Made by a program: the position numbers and the translations under genes. A DNA stretch of 64,000 nucleotides, taken from the NCBI RefSeq assembly GCF_009914755.1, contig NC_060929.1, one strand, 5' to 3'. Position 1 is the stretch's first letter. The number at the start of each line of letters is the position of its first letter. Positions 60,715-64,000 of this stretch are shown here, piece after piece. A model generated the notes under the pieces. It had not been told where the DNA came from and searched no databases. It was given only the letters and a program-made list of their open reading frames with translations. The stretch comes from the human T2T-CHM13v2.0 reference genome, Homo sapiens.

Positions 60715-63700
60715 ATCTGTTGCTTATTTTTTAAGCAGATTATTAAGTCTTTTCTTATAGAGTTGTTAGAGATCCTTACATATTCTGGTTATTAATCTCT
60801 TATCAGATGGACAGTTTGCAAATATTTTTTCCCATTCTGTGGGTTGCTCTTCACTTCGCTGATTGTATCCTTTGCTGTGCAGAAGCTTTTTAACTTGATG
60901 TGATCTCATTTGTCCATTTTGACTTTGATTGCCTGTGCTTTGGGGTATTACTCAAGAAATTTTGCCCAAACCAACGTCCTAGAGAGTTTCCCCAAAGTTT
61001 TCTCATGGGAGTTTCATAGCTTTTAGGTCTTAGATTTAAGTATTTAATCCATTTTTATTTGATTTTTGTATGTGGCAAGAGATAGAGATCTAGCTTCATT
61101 CTTCAGCATATTGATATCTAGTGTTCCCAGTATCATTTATTGAAGAGACTGTCTTTTCCTCAATTTATATTCTTGGCACCTTTGTGAAAAATGAGTTCAC
61201 TATAGGTGTGTGGATTTGTTTCTGGGTTCTCTATTCTGTTCCATTGGTGTATGTATCTGTTTTTATGCCAATACCTTGCTGTTTTGGTTACTATAGCTCT
61301 GTAGTATAATTTGAAGTCAGGTAATGTAATTCCTCCAGTTTTATTCTTTTTGCTTAGGATAGCTTTAGCTATTCTGGGTCATTTTTGATTCCATATAAAT
61401 TTTAGAGTAGTTTTTTTCTATTTCTGTGAAGAATGTCATTGGTATTGTGACATGGATTGCATTGAATCTGTAGATTGCTTTGGGTAGTATGGCCATTTTA
61501 GCAATATTAATTTTTCCAACTCATGAACATAAAAAACCTTTCCATTTTTTGATGCCCCCTCTAATTTCTTTCATTAGTGTATTATAGTTTTCATTGCAGA
61601 GTTCTTTTATTTCTTTGGTTAATTCCTTGGTATTTAATTTTATGTGTGGCTATTATAAATGGGACAACTTTTTAATTTCTTTTTCAGATTGTTCATGGAT
61701 GGCATGTAGAAATGCCACTGAATATTGTATGTTGACTTTGCACCCTGTAACTTTACTAAATTTATTCATAAGATTTAAGAGTTTATTAGTGGAGTCTTTT
61801 AGGTTTTTCCAGCTATAAGATCACATCATCTGCAAACAAGAATAATTTGACTTCTTCCATTCCAATTTAGATGCCCTTTATTTCTTTCTCTTGTCTGATT
61901 GCTCTAGCTAGGACTTCCAGTACCATGTTGAATAAGAGTGGTGAGAGTGGGCATCCTTAATGTGTTCCAGATCTTATAGGAAAGCCTTTCAGTTTTTCTA
62001 TATTAAATATGATACTAGCTGTGGGTCTGTCACATACAGTTTTTATTATGTTGTGTACGTTCCTCTTATGTCCAGTTTTTTGATGGTTTCTTTTTTATCA
62101 TGAAGGAATGTTGAACTTTATCTGATACTTTTTCAGCATCAATTGAAATGATCATATGGATTTTATTCTGTATTCTGTTGATACGATGTATCACATTGAT
62201 TGACTTGCATATTTTGAATCTTCCTTGCATCTCAAGGATAAATCCCACTTGATCATGATGAATGATCTTTTTAATGTATTGTTAAATTTGGTTTGTTAGC
62301 ATTTTGTTGAGGATTTTTACATGAATATTCATCAGAGATATTAGCCTGTACTTTTCTTTTTTTGATGTGTCTTTGTCTCATTTTGGTATTAGGGTAAAAA
62401 TGACCTCATAGAATAAGTTTGGAAGTATTCCTTCCTCCTCTTTCTTTTCAGAAAAGTTTGACGAGGATTGGTGTTAGTTTTTCTTTAAATGTTTGGTAGA
62501 ATTCAGCAGTGAAGTCATTGGGTCCTGGGATTTTCTTTACTGGGAGATATTTTATTACAGCTTTGATCTTGCTATTTGTTATTGGTCTGTTCAGGTTTTA
62601 GATTTCTTCTTGGTTCAATTTTGGTAGGTTGTATGTATCTAGGAATTTGTCTATCTCTTCTAGATTTTCCAATTTATTGGCATATAATTGTTCATAATAG
62701 CCACTAATGATCCTTTGAATTTTTGCAGATTCAGTTGTAATGTCTCTTTTTTCAATTTCTGGTTTTATTTGTTTGAATGCTCTCCCTTTTTTTCTTAGTC
62801 TAGCTAAAGGTTTGCAATTTTGTTTAACTTTATAAAAAACCAACTTTTTGTTACATTGATCTTTTGTATTGTTTTCACCTTTATTTATTTCTGCTCAGAC
62901 CTTTATTATTTCTTTTCTTCACTGGTTTTGGACTTGGTTTTCACTTGCTTTTCTAGTTCTTTAAGATACAGCATTAGATTGTTTATTTGAAGTTTTTCAT
63001 CTTTTTTGATGTAGGCATTTATAGCTATAAACGTCCCTCTTAGCACTGCTTTTGCTATATCCCATAGATATTGGTATGTTGTGTTTCCATTATCATTTGT
63101 TTCAAGAAATTTTTCAATTTCCTTCTTAATTTCTTCATTGCCCCACTGGTCACTCAGGAGCATATGTTAAATTTCTGTGTTTGTATAGTTTCAGAAATTC
63201 CTCTTGTTATTAATTTCTAGTTTTATTCCATTGTGATCAGAGAAGATGCTTGATATTATTTCAATTTTTAGCATGTTTTAAGGCTTGTTTTGTGACTTAA
63301 CATATGGTCTGTCCTTGAAAATAATTCATGTGCTGAGGAGAATAATGTGTATTCTGCAGCTCATGGATGAAAAGTTCTGTAACTATCTACTAGATCTATT
63401 TGGTCTATAATACAGATTAACTCTGATATTTCTTTGTTGATTATCTGTCTGGGAGATCTGTCCAATGCTGAAAGTGGGGTGTTGAAGTCTCCAGCTTTTA
63501 TTATACTGGGACCTATCTCTCTCTCTCTCTCTTTAGGTTTAACAATATTTCCTTTATATATCTGGGTGCTCCAGTGTTGGGTGCATATATATTTACAATT
63601 GTTATATCATCTTGTTGAATTGACCCCTTTTTCATGATATAGTGACCTTCTTTTTCTCTTCTTATAGTTTTTGTCTATAGTTGTTGATATAAGTACAGCT

Positions 63701-64000
63701 ACTCCTGTTCTTTTATGGTTTTCGTTGGCATGGAATATCTTTTACCATTCTTTAATTTTGAGTCTATGTGTATCTTTAAAGGTAAAGTGTGTTTCTTGTA
63801 GACAACAGATCATTGGCTATTGTCTATTGATTGTATAATTTAGTCCATTTACATTCAATTTTATTAATGATAAGTGAGGACTTACTCCTTCCATTTTGTT
63901 ATTTATTTTCTGTGTCTTTTTGTGTGTGTGTGGTCTTCTCTTCCTTCTTTCTTTCCTTTCTCTCTTCCTTTAGTAAAGGTGATTTTCTCTGGTGATATGA
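60715..64000 (-). mobile_element. Older LINE-1 (L1MA/L1PB-like) ORF2 region; 3' end missing; continues past the window
   Basis: ORF2p-like fragments 62066..62248, 62598..62843 and 62906..63163. Confidence 0.92.

Overview
This is hominoid (probably human or African great ape) genomic DNA, AT-rich and dominated by transposable elements. I found no host protein-coding gene, RNA gene or CRISPR-like system. It holds four large L1PA copies: 1-4158 (-, cut by the window edge), 12671-16544 (-, 3'-truncated), 29116-35282 (-, full-length L1PA3 with a 15-bp TSD) and 40018-45884 (+, L1PA4-like). It also holds older L1 remnants, a decayed ERV1 provirus (LTR37-like) with gag and pol remnants, a solo LTR12C, a complete THE1B MaLR provirus, several Alus, MLT/MIR/L2 fragments and DNA transposon fossils (MER45A/B, MER2, MER6). 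Main observations: (i) the two L1PA3-type copies about 31 kb apart share at least seven non-consensus substitutions, including endonuclease D145N, yet have different flanks and differ at the ~129-bp ZNF93-site deletion; (ii) an intact antisense ORF0 in the full-length L1PA3; (iii) a divergent, inverted pair of near-full-length L1s; (iv) several deletion and inversion scars. Family and subfamily names come from consensus sequences recalled from memory and need RepeatMasker/Dfam confirmation. I do not see a new biological system.
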